Shown here one piece after another: positions 1 through 12,775 of a stretch of DNA of 64,000 bases; positions within the stretch are counted from its first letter, which is position 1, and every line of letters begins with the position of its first letter. The translations under genes and the position numbers were made by a program. A model generated the notes under the pieces. It was not told where the DNA came from, did no database searches, and saw only the letters and a list, made by a program, of their open reading frames with translations. The DNA is from Rhodosorus marinus CCMP1338 (lineage: Eukaryota; Plantae; Rhodophyta), in the NCBI GenBank assembly GCA_029953675.1, contig JAMWBK010000003.1, positions 2,790,001 to 2,854,000 of the forward strand, in the 5' to 3' direction.

Positions 1-1750
1 TGAGCTGGCGAACCTCAACCTGGCTCAAACTCAAGGACTCTTTCAAAGGCTCGATCTCATGGTCTTGGTTGACAACCTGAGGCGCGGGTGTACTTTTCAC
101 TTGATCGCGGTGGTGCGACTCCTTTTCTCTCCGGGTTCCTTTTGGAAAGCGCTTGGTAGCATGGTTTCCCGGTCGTCCTTCTCCGTACGCAGGTCCTTGA
201 GCAGGTCCATGTCCTTTGTAGTGGTCAGACGGCTTCTCTTTTCCATGACGTTTGGTTGCAGCTGACTCCTTGGTTTCCGTTCCAGCTTGCGCCCTTTCAG
301 CTGACTTCTCATCCCTTTTCTGCCATCTTTCCTCCTTCCTCGACGAGCCGTCCTCCCTTCGAACATGACTATCTCTTCTCCCAGGAGCATCCTCCCTCCT
401 CGACGATTTATTTTCCTTTCTAACCGCAGTTTCCTCTCGCTTCTGACTGGAAACTTCCTTTTTAAGAGGAGGCTCCTCCCTCCTGGCCAGATGCTCTTCC
501 TTTCTCACAGCACCAGCGTAACTCTCATCCTTTTTCACAAATACCCCTTCCTTTTTGCCTTGAGTATCGCCCCGTTTAGGATGAAACTGGGCGTCCTCCT
601 TCCTTGCTGCTGGAGTATGCTGTGAAGACGGTTGCTGCGAAGTCGATGAGCTCGATGTTTGTTGCGCTGGCTGTGGTGGCTGTGCATGTGGTCTCTGGGC
701 ATGCTGTGGTTGTGCCTGTGGTCTTTGTACTTGTAGCTGCTGCGCCTTCGGTTGTTGCGCCTGCGGTTGCTGCACCTGCGTTGGTTTGGCCTGAGTTGGT
801 TTTCCCTGCGTTGGTTTTGCTTGCGTTGGTTTTGCTTGCGTTGGTTTTGCTTGCGTTGGTTTTGCTTGTGTTGATTTTGCCTGCGTTGTCTTTTCTGTCG
901 ATGGCTGCTGCTGCGGTGGCTGCTGTTGCGGCGGTGGCTGCTGTTGCGATGGCTGCCGTGTCGGTGGCTGCTGTGGCGGTGGCTGCTGTGGCGGTGGCTG
1001 CTGTGGCGGTGGCTGCTGTTGCGGCGGTGGCTGCTGTGGTGGTGGCTGCTGTTGCGGTGGCTGCTGTGGCGGTGGCTGCTGTTGCGGTGGCTGCTGTTGC
1101 GGTGGCTGCTGTTGCGGTGGCTGCTGTTGCGGTGGCTGCTGTTGCGGTGGCTGCTGTTGCGGTGGCGGCTGTTGCGGTGGCGGCTGTTGCGGTGGCGGCT
1201 GTTGCGGTGGCTGCTGTTGCGGTGGCGGCTGTTGCGGTGGCTGCTGTTGCGGTGGCGGCTGTTGCGGTGGCGGCTGTTGCGGTGGCTGCTGTTGCGGTGG
1301 CGGCTGTTGCTGTGCCGGCCGATGCGGTGGCTGCTGTTGCTGCGCCGGCTGTTGCTGCGCCGGCTGTTGCTGCGCCGGCTGTTGCTGTACCTGCGGTGGA
1401 AGTACTTGCGCTTGCTGCACCTGATGTGCCATCTGCGCTTGGTGTGCCAGCTGCGCCAGCCTTGCTTGCCTTAGCTGCTCATGTTGCTGCATTTGCTGCA
1501 GTTGTTGCAGATGTTGCGGATGTTGCAGATGCGCAGCAAATTGAGGAGGATACGGCATGTGCTGCGGCTGTAGCGGATACTGCATTTCTGGCACTGGCAT
1601 TTGGGCCTGCGGTGGTGCCCGGAGCGCAGGAACCCCCGGATCCTCGGGGGCTACGGGCTTCTTCGGTATTGGCCTCCATTCCTCGGCACCGGCCCTTCCA
1701 GCAAACTTCGAATGCCCCTTTTGAGATTTTCTTGCATCCGACTCCGTCAT
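1..1750 (-). CDS. Uncharacterised low-complexity P/Q-rich protein; 3' end lies beyond the left window edge
   Basis: ATG at 1750 (MTESDARKSQKGHSKF...). The minus-strand frame was open in the segments I translated by hand down to position 1: (PPQQQ/PPPQQ)n, (QAKPT)n, a charged K/E/R region, then a coiled-coil-like ending EIEPLKESLSLSQVEVRQL. It is absent from the ORF track, probably because there is no stop inside the window. Confidence 0.8.
   Translation of the reverse strand, partial: MTESDARKSQKGHSKFAGRAGAEEWRPIPKKPVAPEDPGVPALRAPPQAQMPVPEMQYPLQPQHMPYPPQFAAHLQHPQHLQQLQQMQQHEQLRQARLAQLAHQAQMAHQVQQAQVLPPQVQQQPAQQQPAQQQPAQQQQPPHRPAQQQPPPQQQPPQQPPPQQPPPQQQPPQQPPPQQQPPQQPPPQQPPPQQPPPQQQPPQQQPPQQQPPQQQPPQQQPPQQQPPPQQPPQQQPPPQQPPPQQQPPPQQPPPQQPPPQQPPTRQPSQQQPPPQQQPPQQQPSTEKTTQAKSTQAKPTQAKPTQAKPTQAKPTQGKPTQAKPTQVQQPQAQQPKAQQLQVQRPQAQPQHAQRPHAQPPQPAQQTSSSSTSQQPSSQHTPAARKEDAQFHPKRGDTQGKKEGVFVKKDESYAGAVRKEEHLARREEPPLKKEVSSQKREETAVRKENKSSRREDAPGRRDSHVRREDGSSRKEERWQKRDEKSAERAQAGTETKESAATKRHGKEKPSDHYKGHGPAQGPAYGEGRPGNHATKRFPKGTRREKESHHRDQVKSTPAPQVVNQDHEIEPLKESLSLSQVEVRQL
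770..1395 (-). repeat. Coding 15-bp minisatellites (QAKPT units, then PPQQQ/PPPQQ units)
   Basis: The + strand shows (GCGTTGGTTTTGCTT)n at about 770-890 and (GCTGCTGTTGCGGTG)n at about 905-1390. Both are in frame with the minus-strand ORF. Confidence 0.9.
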
Positions 1751-2879
1751 TCCAAGTCTTTCGGAGCGAAACGAGAACAGACGAAAACCCGAAAAAAGCC
1801 TTGCCTACCCCGCACCCTCAAACTTGAGTAGAAAGAAACCCCTCCGAGGCAATCAACCCAAGTGGAACAACTCCTCCCCGTTTCCGTTTTTCCAAATCAG
1901 AAACAATACTCCTCCTTTCTTCAACGTCCAAGCAAGGACTGTAACTCCGTTCGAAACTCCTCAAACTCCCTTTTAGCCTTTAAAACGCTAATCTCTTGCA
2001 TCCGTCTTACCTCTTCTTCTCCAGAAAGCTACCCAGAAAACCTGAACTACTTGGCATGCCACCGAGGTGCCCGTCATTTAGAAATGGCACGAAGAAACCA
2101 CCACGAGCACCTAGGGAATCCGTCTCAGAAATCCTCCATAATATTCTCATTCAATTCCCAGACGGAGGTCAATCTTCTGAAATTGTTTACCAATCAATCC
2201 ACCCGAACTAAATATTCCTATATCTGAAAAATATGGGTGAAATATTTTGCCCGTACTTCGAAAGATCCAAATCACCAAACGTATTGAAATGAAACCTGCA
2301 GAAAAAAACGTTCGTTTTAGTCCGTATTTTTGACTATTACAAGTAAAATATGAGTAAAACTCAGTGTGGCCCGGACAACCAATTCGCTCAGATTCGAATA
2401 TCAGCAGGGGCTACCTTTTGGAGCTTTTTATCAACCCCCCCTGCCCTTTACAGATTTGTCCGCAAGAAAAATTTTAAAAAGCATTGAAATTCATCAAACG
2501 TGGAATTATCACTATGAGCAGATGTCCCGGGTCAGGGGCTGACAGGCTAGGGTTATTTTTTTTTTCCTGCGAGGGGCGGACAAGATTTTCCCCACCCTGC
2601 AGATTGTGCGATTTATTTTTAAATGTTTTAGATCGAAGTCCGAGAACGGAAAACACCCAGTCCTTATGCTATCCCTCGGATCCGTCGTGAGAATTTGCAA
2701 AGGCGATTAATCAAAACACCTTTGTTCATTCCTGATTTCCTCTTCGATTCCCGGGGTGGGGGAGAAGAACGCTTTCGACTGTTAAAGAGTCCTCAATTTT
2801 TTTACAAAACTCTTTTTGATCGAGGTCGTCTGCATCGTCCATATGCCTCCTCACCCTCAGGAGATATTTTCATTTGATA

Positions 2880-3560
2880 TGTAGTTCATTTTGCAGGTTG
2901 GGGAGTCGTCATAAGCAGACTGCTCGTGGGTGAGGGTCGAGCTTCCGTTGGATCCAATTCGGCTAGGTCCGAGACGCTAGATTTTGATGGCATTGGTGCG
3001 CATCGTGTCACGGCGAAGGCTGCCTGGCTCATTTGCTGGTACTGTATGTAGTTGATTTGAGGTTGCTGGGGAGCCGTCCTAAACAGGCTGTGCGCGGGTG
3101 CAACCTGAACTTTTGTTGGATCCCAGTTCGGCTAGGTCAGAGACCCTAGTTCGATGGCATTGGTGCAGATCGTGGTGGGGAGAAGTCTTCCTGGCTCCCT
3201 TGCTTTTGGGTACTGTATATAGTTGATTTGAGGTTCCCGAGTCATGCTCAGGATTACTGCTCGCGCCCGCTGGTTGAAGCTTTTGTGGCATTAGTGCTGA
3301 TCTCGTAAAACCGAAGTGCTCCTGGTTCCCTAGTCAGAGACCTTAGTTTGATGGAAAACTGTTTTTTCCCTTGATTTAGATTGCTGTATATAGTTGATTT
3401 GAGGTTGGATGGTTATCTTAACGAGGACTGCTCTTGAGCGCATCTTCGTTGGAATCCGTTCGGGTAGGTCAGAGACCGTACTCTGATAAAAAACTATTGG
3501 CACTAGTGCTGATCGCGTCAAGGCGAAGTCCTGCTGGTTCCCTTGCTTTTTGGGGCTATC
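2880..3560. repeat. Degenerate tandem array, ~171-bp unit, about 4 copies
   Basis: The anchor TAGTTGATTTGAGGTT occurs at 3049, 3220 and 3391 (171-bp spacing), with a degenerate copy at 2882. GGCTAGGTCAGAGACC-like segments recur in phase. Confidence 0.8.
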
Positions 3561-5056
3561 GTCAGCTCCTCCACGGTTTTCGTAGTCAACAGGGTCCTCG
3601 CTACCACTTGACTCTCCGAAAACCCTGGACGTTCAGCTCTATTTCTACCCCAGGCTTCGTTCGCGAAGGACTCGTGAATCGCCAGCATGAACGGGATCAA
3701 TGAAATATCAGACCCACCTTGGGCAGTGGCACCCAATCTTGCGAACTGGCAGGGGTATAGCTGTACGCAATGACTAACATTAACAAGCCGAGTCTGTTAT
3801 GTGAGAGAACCTGAATCATTTTGAGTAATCGAGTCGACAAGGATCAAGCTACGACACATTTCTTCTCCACTGGGAAAATCGTGCATGAGAGGTCATCAGA
3901 GTTTCATATCATCTACGATGACAGGACAAATATCATAAGACGATTTTGCTCGAATCGCTACTCAAAACTCCTTCCACTGGGAGGGTCCACTGGAAAAAGG
4001 AGTGACCGACACTAGAGCTTCCCTGTATTTGATAATGATCAATTGAAAAGGTTTACTCGCAGTCTTGCTGGCCACATCCCTCTTTTCCTGGACAAGCTCA
4101 GGTGTGCCGACTTCTTTTACCCGAAGTTGCCAATAACCACTGCTCAGATCGATGACACTGAGGTACGTGGCGCTTCTGAGTGCATCAAGGCAGTCGTCAG
4201 TCGTTTGTTAGCCGGGTCCCGCTCTATGACATATGCAACTGGAACGTTAGCAAACCAAACAGTACAGAAACCAAACAAAGAGATTTCCCGCGAAAAAAAA
4301 GAAGTGGCAGAAGCTGATTGCCAAAACAGCGTAATCTATTATAGGATTCGTATTTTTCTGCTTTTCTCTCACCGCTTTTCGCGGTTACACAAGATTCTGG
4401 TTTCTTCCCCCCCCTCTCGATCTGATATATTTCCATTCCCGTACCCTCAATATATCAAACCAATACAATTATTTTTCCATATAGATATTCTGGATACCCC
4501 CCCTGGGCTACGATTGAATTTCCGCTCACCTCATTCCCAATTGCATGCAGAAACGAATTCCTGCCCCGCTGGATAACTTTATCAAAAAACACATTTCAAT
4601 TGAGTTGGATTTTTGGTTGGAAACGCTTTGCTTTCATTTTGATGATTTTTGAATAAATGCTGATTTTAAACCCTGCGGCAAAGGATATGACTTGGGACGT
4701 CTTGGCAGGTGAATCTCGATCTTGGCCGATGGTACAATATAAAGTCCGCGCCCTTTTGGGATCTGGAAGAGACTCGGTTGCGATTTAAGGGCAGAGAACT
4801 ACGAACAGGTCGAGTACGATGTAGGACAAGGGGAGGACGTTTTCGTTTTGTTTTTTTTTGGGAGAGGTGTATTCAAGACGTCTAGCTGGATGTCTTGGGA
4901 ACTGGCGACTCTGGTTCGAGCATGTGAATTCAGCCAGTCGAAAGCGTTCGTGATTCGGGCTAAGAGTGTGGGAAGGTCAGCAGGAGGAGTCAGAGGGTAA
5001 ATTTTCGTCAACGGTGTTTCGCCCGTTCTTTGGCAGGTCGACTTCAGTTCAGTAAA

Positions 5057-8000
5057 ATGTCAGGGAACAGAATTCTGAGCTCGGCCATTCGGATGAGCAT
5101 GGCCGCGTCTGTTAGAGGAGTGGCAACAATTCCCTCCGGTTCAAGGGTAGCGGCTGTCGGCGTGGCATTTCGAAGTCGAGGTAGCTACTGCCCGTGGGCA
5201 AGACTTTGTTATTCTAGCCACGTGTTCTTATTCGAGTTTCTCCTTCGTACTTCGTTTTCTGCGCTGGGAAAGATGCCACGGGAAAGACTTTGAGGGGGAA
5301 TGCGGTTCACTCGCATTCAGGTAACCTCTGCTAGCATGTCAGTTTGCTGCTGGCCTAGCATCCGCTTAGCTTCTGATTCGTATGTAGGTTCCTGTCGATG
5401 CTGCTCATCAACATCTTCATATTCACGTGGTGATTGCGCCGCTCCTTCCACTGGCTACAATGAGATGGCGGAATCTGCAAAGCCTGGGGCGGATGAAATA
5501 TACACCTCAAAGCACTTTGAGGTTCAGCCAGGACAGGTCCATGACTTGCTGCGGAGGCACGATATCGAGTTCAGGGAGACAGCTGATGGTATCTCCGTAA
5601 AGGTACAGACTGAGCAAGTATCTAGCCGCCGGGAAGGACGGTTTTGGGCCTTGGAACTTAAGCTTTGATGTGGATTATCTGGTTTGTTATCTTTGTCTCT
5701 CTCTAGAACTGCCCTTTTTGCCACCCGATTAACAACAAGCGCGAAAACCAGTGGAAGCTGTCTATCAACAGTGCGAAAGGAATGTTCATGTGTCACAGAT
5801 GCTCAGCGAAAGGAGGCTGGTAAGCGCATTTTTTTCATGTTCGCAATTCGATGTCATCAGCTAGTTCACCACTGAATTTCGATTCGGGGGGTAGGTGGAC
5901 TCTGCGGAATAAGTTGTATTCTTTAGCTGGCAACGAAATGTCTAGTCAAGGAAGTGGAGGCTTCTCAATGGGCATAGAGGCTAACCCACTTGGCGGCAGC
6001 TATGAGCGAAGAGGAGGATCAGTCATGATCTCTGGGGAGGAGCAGGAGAAATGGGTTAATGTGCTCAAGGACAGTGCTGCTCTGCAGCACTATATGCAGC
6101 AAGTTCGGGGCCTTAAACCAGAAGTTCTTGAGAAGTATGCAGTCGGGGGAGCGAATTTTCCGTTTCTGGTACTATCCCAATGAGCTTGTAAACGTTTCGC
6201 AATATTACCGTGTACCTGACATTCCGATTCCCTTCTTTTTTTTTGCACTAACGCAGACTGAAGGGCGGAGAGTTCACAAACTGTGTTTCACATTTCCGAT
6301 GATAGATGAATCCGGTTCAGTTGTTAGAGCAAAAATTCGATCAATGGAAGATAAATCTTCCCAAATGTTGCACCCAAAAGGTTGGCGAACTTTCCCACGC
6401 TGGCAGACGGACTGAAACTCCAGCACCGGTCTAACGAGCTGGTTTTTGTTTGGTTTACGAGCAGGTGGTAAATGGGGACTCTTTGGACTGCATACAGTTC
6501 CCGAATCTGCAAAGGAAATAATCCTTACTGAAGGGGAATTTGATGCGATGGCGGCGTACCAGGCAACCGGTGTTCCAGCTGTTTCACTTCCCAATGGAGC
6601 AAATTCGCTCCCGGTTGAACTGCTTCCGAGCCTTGAAAGATTTGAGAAGATCTATTTGTGGATGGATGATGATCATGTGGGTCGTGAGGGAGCCCAGGCT
6701 TTCGTCAAAAAACTCGGTATTCGTAGATGCTATCTCGTGAAAACGCGTGGGGGAACTGATGTCGGACCGAAGGATGCAAATGATGCTCTGCGCGAAGGAG
6801 TCGACATGAAGGCGCTCCTGGAGAAAGCGGGACCAGCTCCAAACCATGCTATTGTTCAGTTCCGAGATATGATACTTGAGATATATGATGAAGTGAAAAA
6901 CCCGAAGCGAGTTGCGGGCACGCAATTCGATTCGCTCAAAGGTCTGAATAGCACTCTGAAAGGCCATCGCCGTGGGGAATTGACAGTCGTCTCTGGTCAT
7001 ACTGGGGTTGGGAAAACAACTATCATGGGGCAGATATCTCTCGACCTGTGTATGAAGGTGAGTTTCTTGCGAGATTGCACCCGTTGCGCAATGCTCCTGT
7101 CTAAACTTCGATATTGGGCTCTGCTCCCGTCCCTTGTGGTAGGGAGTGCGTACTTTATGGGGTTCATTTGAAATCAACAACGTTCGGATGGCAAAAACGC
7201 TTTTGGGGCAGTTCTACTACATGAAAACTGGACGCTACCTGCGACCGAAAGATATTGACTCCCTTGAAACTTTCGAGGAGCTGTGCGCTGAATTCGAGTC
7301 TCTGCCCCTTTATTTCATGAAGTTCTATGGGTCTTGCCCTGTTCCGAAAGTCATTGAGACTATGGAATACGCCAACTACTTACTTGATACAACACATTTT
7401 GTTTTGGATAATCTTCAGTTTATGCTCTCCGGCCAGGTACGTAGGAAACGCCTTTTCTATTTTTCTTACCAAGTTTCCTTACGATTGGATACTGTTTCGT
7501 CGTGCAGGCAAGAGGCACGAGGAAGTTTGACCTCCAAGATGAAGCAATTATTGAATTCCGTAAATTCGCAACCTCTAACAATTCGCATATCAGCCTCGTG
7601 ATGCATCCAAGAAAGGAGCAAGATGATGAGCTATTATCGACCTCGTCAATCTCCGGAACCGCAAAGGCGACTCAGGAAGCGGATAATATACTTCTCGTGC
7701 AGCGTGGTGAAAGACATCCATTCCTCGACATCCGAAAGAACAGATATGATGGCGGTGTTGGGAGCGTTCCGCTTGCTTTTGATCCAGAATCAAAAGTGTT
7801 TAACGAGCTCCCCAGCTCAGCCCTCGAACAGAATTCTCTAATGAAATTTAGCGGTAGAGAGTTCCCGAATCCAAGAAGGGGACAGTTTACAAAAACGGGC
7901 GCGTTCCCGAAAGGCCAAAGTACGCATAGCGTGACCTACCAAGTTGCCTGATCTCAGGGCTGAATGCTCTTTTGTTTGTCTTTTGGCCACCTTGGAATCA

Positions 8001-8159
8001 GGTTTCTTTGCGGCCACTGAGCAAATGCCAAATTCAGAGAAAAAGGCAAATGAGCAATTGTCTAACCTCTTCGATTTCACGGAAACTCCAAGCTCAATTG
8101 GGCGGGCAGCACAGGCTAGGAAGAAAAACGGTGACGAGAAGCCGCCAGTGTCCAAGTGA
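5057..8159 (+). CDS. TWNK: Twinkle-type organellar primase-helicase (spliced)
   Basis: N-terminal R/S/A-rich presequence (MSGNRILSSAIRMSMAASVRG). Zinc-binding CPFC...CHRC, TOPRIM motifs (IILTEGEFDAMA, LWMDDD), Walker A SGHTGVGKTT, VLDNLQFM, HPRK and QEADN. The last exon is inferred from a GTACGC...CAG intron and ends at the stop at 8159. Confidence 0.93.
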
Positions 8160-10092
8160 TTAAGTCAGCAGTTCAGGGAGAGGAGGCGTATCTCCTCAGT
8201 TTGGACGAGGAATTTCCGCTCCTACGCGGTACACGGGGTTGATATTGTACGAAAGGTCTCGAAAGGTGAATAAAAAGAAAGTTTGTTAGCGCGTGAGTCT
8301 TTCTTCCTCCAGGCCAATAAAGGCTGCCAAGTCAGTGAGGCAGGAGCTTTGTACTTGTGCGGGATCAAGCTACTTCTTTTTCGAAGTATTCCATTCTAAG
8401 TTTCTTTGCCTTCGCGAAATATTCGCTCCTCTCAAGGCACAGCTCAATTTGTTCAACACGAATAAGCGATAATGGTCTGAGCGATTGAACCTCTCCGCAG
8501 AAGAATCTCTACCACGACCAGGAATGGAGCAGCCAGGAAAAGCCGCACAAGAAGACAGTTGGAATCTAGGCCAAGCGCTCAATCGTAACAAATGTCGTTT
8601 CTTCCGCAACTGCTCGGTGGGGCAGTGCTTGGCATTCCCTGGCCTGAACGAATCTTTGCGCGATGACAACATTTTGACTAGATGTGGTGGAAGCTGATAG
8701 ATATGAAGAAGGGTAGATATCAGAGACAGGTCCCATCCGTCTTCGTAATTCTTCCCAGCCATCCCGAGCGAAAATGCGAAGGCCTCGTTGGTACGCAAAG
8801 CAACTGCAACAACTTCCAGTGTCCAACCGTTTCTACAACTTCCGATCCAGCAAAGTTTAGTAAGGACAGCTTGTCCATTGCCCTAGACTCCTTTTTCCAA
8901 AAAAATCCTGTATCTGCTCCTGACACCATTACAAAAAGAAATAAAAATCATTGAACTCAATCTTCTGCAATTCTTTAACCGAATTCATAAATTTCCGTCA
9001 ACATCAACAAATGAGGGTTTTCCAAATATATATATTCATAAACAAGAATTCTTCAACTCTTTTATTCATCCCGAAAAAGAAATATCACATCCCCCTTTGG
9101 AGATAAAAAATATACCGAATTAGACCTTTCTTCCCGGAAACTCTTTAAAGTTTATGAATAAATTGATTTAATGTCACCATCCAATCCTTACGGTGAGGAG
9201 GTCATTGGTCTCGACAAAACGGCCCACTGGGATACAGAAGTTTGCTAGAAACGTAATAAATGGTGGTGGGACCAAGACCTATGATTTTCTATAATTTTGT
9301 GGATTCTTTTTTTACAATTCATGTTTCCTCCATGAGAAAACATTGGTGGATAATCGCTTCATGACTTCGACGTTTGGATGAGATATTAATATTCTATCCA
9401 ATCGTAAACTTTCACACAATACATAGCCAATCATTATTTATTAGCTTCCCGTTTGTGACCACTGCTAGTCGATCCCCAAACCCCTTGTGAAGAAGGATTA
9501 CCAATGAATCCAATCCAATCCCTGTAGTCATCTTTCCTGATAATCATTCAAAAAAGTGCCGAAAAAGAAACCTTTCGGATTGTTTCCAATGGAAGACACC
9601 GCTTCACCGATTAGGCATCCTCTAGCTAGATCGGACTTTGAAGCAATCGTTTTAAGTGTAACTATTTAACTCAGTCTAAACAATCCAAATAAAGACTGAA
9701 TATTCATTTATAATTTAATTATTTGAATATAGATCAATCAAATAATATTAAATGACTGATTATATGATGACGCTTAAACGGGAATACCCAGCGAGTTGTG
9801 TGAACGTGTGTCTTTGATGAGGCTGTTGCTTGCAACAGTTTGCCTGTATTTCCTTTTTTCTTTTTTTCTGCCGTTTTTGTTTTATTCTTGTTGGGCTTAC
9901 TTAGACGATGACATCGGCCATTCGGTCTCTTATATGCTCAGCGTACCTTGGGAGGGGAAGAAGCGATTATGTTCGGCGGTAGATGTCGGACTTTGTACTG
10001 AAAGCTTAGTGGTTCCCTTGGTACTTCGGTCGGTGCTTTTTATGTTGGTCGAGTGGGAGGTTTGGTTGGTGATTTTTATGTAGGAAGTCGAA

Positions 10093-12325
10093 ATGGGTGG
10101 GGAAGTTGGTGTTAGGGTTGGAACTGGATTTGTTGGCCCAGTATGGAGTACGAAGCGGGTGGCCTCGGATCGGGACTCGCGAGCGTGCAGGAAGCCACGG
10201 ATGATGGCGCATGGCGGGGAGAAAAAGCATAGGACTCCCCTTTTGGATGGAGTCAAGCTTCCTCGGGACTTGAAAAAATTTAGCGTTTCCGAGCTGCATC
10301 AGTTGGCGACCGAGTTGCGATGGGATACAATTCAGTCTGTGGCTTCTACGGGTGGCCATCTTGGCTCGTCCCTAGGGGTCGTGGAGTTGACCGTTGCATT
10401 GCATTACGTATTTGACACTCCACAGGACAAGATCATCTGGGACGTTTCTCATCAATGTTACCCTCACAAGATTCTGACGGGAAGAAGGGATCAAATGCAC
10501 ACTTTGAGGAAGAGAGAAGGGCTTTCCGGCTTCACGAAAAGGGATGAGTCGAAATATGATCCGTTCGGAGCTGGGCACTCGTCAACATCGATTTCGGCCG
10601 CCCTTGGTATGGCGGTAGCGAACGATTTGGACAAGAAGAAAACCCACAACATTGCAGTGATAGGGGATGGCGCAATCACAGGAGGTATGGCCTATGAGGC
10701 GATGAACTCGGCCGGGTACCTTAGAAACCGGATGTTAGTAATTCTAAATGACAACGGACAAGTATCTCTTCCAACTGGGCATAACTCCGCCGGTGGTGTT
10801 CGTCCTTCCGGCGCACTTTCTGACTACACCGCGAGGCTGCTTTCATCAAGCAGATTTTTGAGCGTCCGAGGCATGGCGAAGTCAATGTCAACGCAGCTCC
10901 TTCCTGGAGGGCTCCAGGAACTGGCAAAGCAGGTGGACACGTTTACAAGGGGGATGATCAACCATGGGGGAACCCTCTTCGAGGAGCTCGGATTCTACTA
11001 CATCGGTCCTGTAGACGGGCACAATATCGAAAGTCTTGTAAGAGTCCTTGAGAATATTAAGAATCTCGACGGAGACAAGCCAATCTTTTTGCACGTGAAA
11101 ACGGAGAAGGGAAGGGGCTACAGTTTTGCGGAGTCAGCATTTGACAAGTACCATGGGGTCGCGAAATTTGACGTCGAAAGCGGAAAGCAACAGAAGAGTT
11201 CCTCGAACACTCCCGCGTACACAAGCGTGTTCTCGGATGCTCTCATCCGAATGGCTGAACACGATTGCAAGGTTGTCGGAATCACCGCTGCTATGCCAGG
11301 TGGAACTGGAATGGGCAAGTTCGGTGACAGGTATCCTGAGCGGATGTTTGACGTTGGTATCGCTGAACAGCACGCTGTGACTTTTGCCGCTGGCCTAGCG
11401 TGCGAAGGATACAAGCCGTACTGTGCGATATACTCGACTTTCCTGCAGCGCGGATACGACCAGTTGGTTCATGACGTCGCTCTACAGAAGCTCCCAGTTC
11501 GATTCGTGTTGGACAGGGCTGGCTTAGTCGGCAACGATGGTGCTACCCACCAGGGAGCTTATGATCTAAGCTACCTGGGATGTATACCGGGACTGGTTAT
11601 CATGGCGCCGAGTGATGAGGTTGAGATGAAGAGAATGTTGACCACCATGAACGACATTGATGATCAACCGTCTGTTATTCGCTTCCCGAGAGGCTGTGCT
11701 TACGGAGAGGAAGCGCTTGCTGAAACTTTGGGATACCCCATGAATCAAACAGATGAACCTGGAAAGCTTCCAATCGGCAAGGGAAGAATTTTGCGGAGTA
11801 CTAAAGGGAAGCCAGATAAGGCGAGAGTATGTCTCTTCTCGATCGGTACGAGACTTGTTGATTCGGTCAAGGCTGCAAAAGTTCTGGAGGTAAGTAGCAC
11901 TTTTGAAGACGTCCATGTACGCCCTTCATCGTCATTGACAAGCTCTTCATTGCCGTCTTGAACAGGAGCAAGGGTTCTCTGTGACAGTCGCTGACGCTCG
12001 CTATATGAAGCCTCTGGACACCGAACTCGCCGGGCGCCTTGCCACAACCCACGACGTGATGATCACAGTAGAGGAGGGCTCGATAGGCGGCTTTTCATCG
12101 CACGTACTCCACTTCCTAACTTTGGAGGGGCTGATGGACTCTGGCAAGCTCAAGTTCCGGTCGATGGTGATCCCCGACGTGTACATCGAACATGCCACTC
12201 AGACTGAGCAACTTGAACAGGCGGGGCTGAACTCCTCGCAGATCGCGGCAACGGCTTTGAAAGTGGGTGCTAAGCAGGGAGAGTTGCAAACACCGGCGGA
12301 GATGGAGAGGATTGTTGCAATGTAA
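10093..12325 (+). CDS. DXS: 1-deoxy-D-xylulose-5-phosphate synthase, plastid-targeted
   Basis: Motifs [53 protein letters not shown] and DARYMKPLD. One intron at 11890-11965 (GTAAGT...AACAG) restores the frame. The N-terminal extension resembles a transit peptide. Confidence 0.97.
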
Positions 12326-12775
12326 CTTTCGACTTTTTTAAAGTATCTGACTATTAACGAGGTGAGGCACCGCGATTCTCCGTTGGTCTCCACGTGCAGC
12401 AATAGTGAATGTGCTGACCCTTGGAAGCAATGGTGAAGGAGAGGTTGTACCCGGATTCGTTTGCTTGTTTTCGTATTTTCTGATATATCCGCGGGTTAGT
12501 ATGTCGGCGCCGTGACTATGAATAGCTTTTTTTCATGAGATACGTACTCGCTGCAATAGCGCAATGTATAGTTTTCCTGTTCTTCGTCTTTGGAATTTTT
12601 AACAGCCGACTTTCTTTCGCAATAAGAGGAATACATGTAGTCGAAGCTGAACTTCTTCAATTTCGAAAATTTTCCGTTCCCCACGACGTCGAAAAGGCTG
12701 TGGAATATTTCGGGCTACGTGCAATAACTCTACTGTTTTCAGTTCCGTCGATGTAGGCCTTTCAAGTAGACTCGT

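Noticed and set aside
604-1827. 407-aa Ala/Val-rich and 182-aa Trp/Leu/Arg-rich + strand ORFs
   Set aside because: They are antisense shadows of the 15-bp repeats in the minus-strand P/Q protein, which has a proper ATG and a G/T-rich leader on its own strand.
8370-8929. Overlapping minus-strand ORFs between Twinkle and DXS
   Set aside because: No recognisable motif and no consistent exon chain.
9000-10090. TPP riboswitch upstream of DXS
   Set aside because: The conserved CUGAGA and GAACCUGAU-type core elements were not found in the right arrangement.
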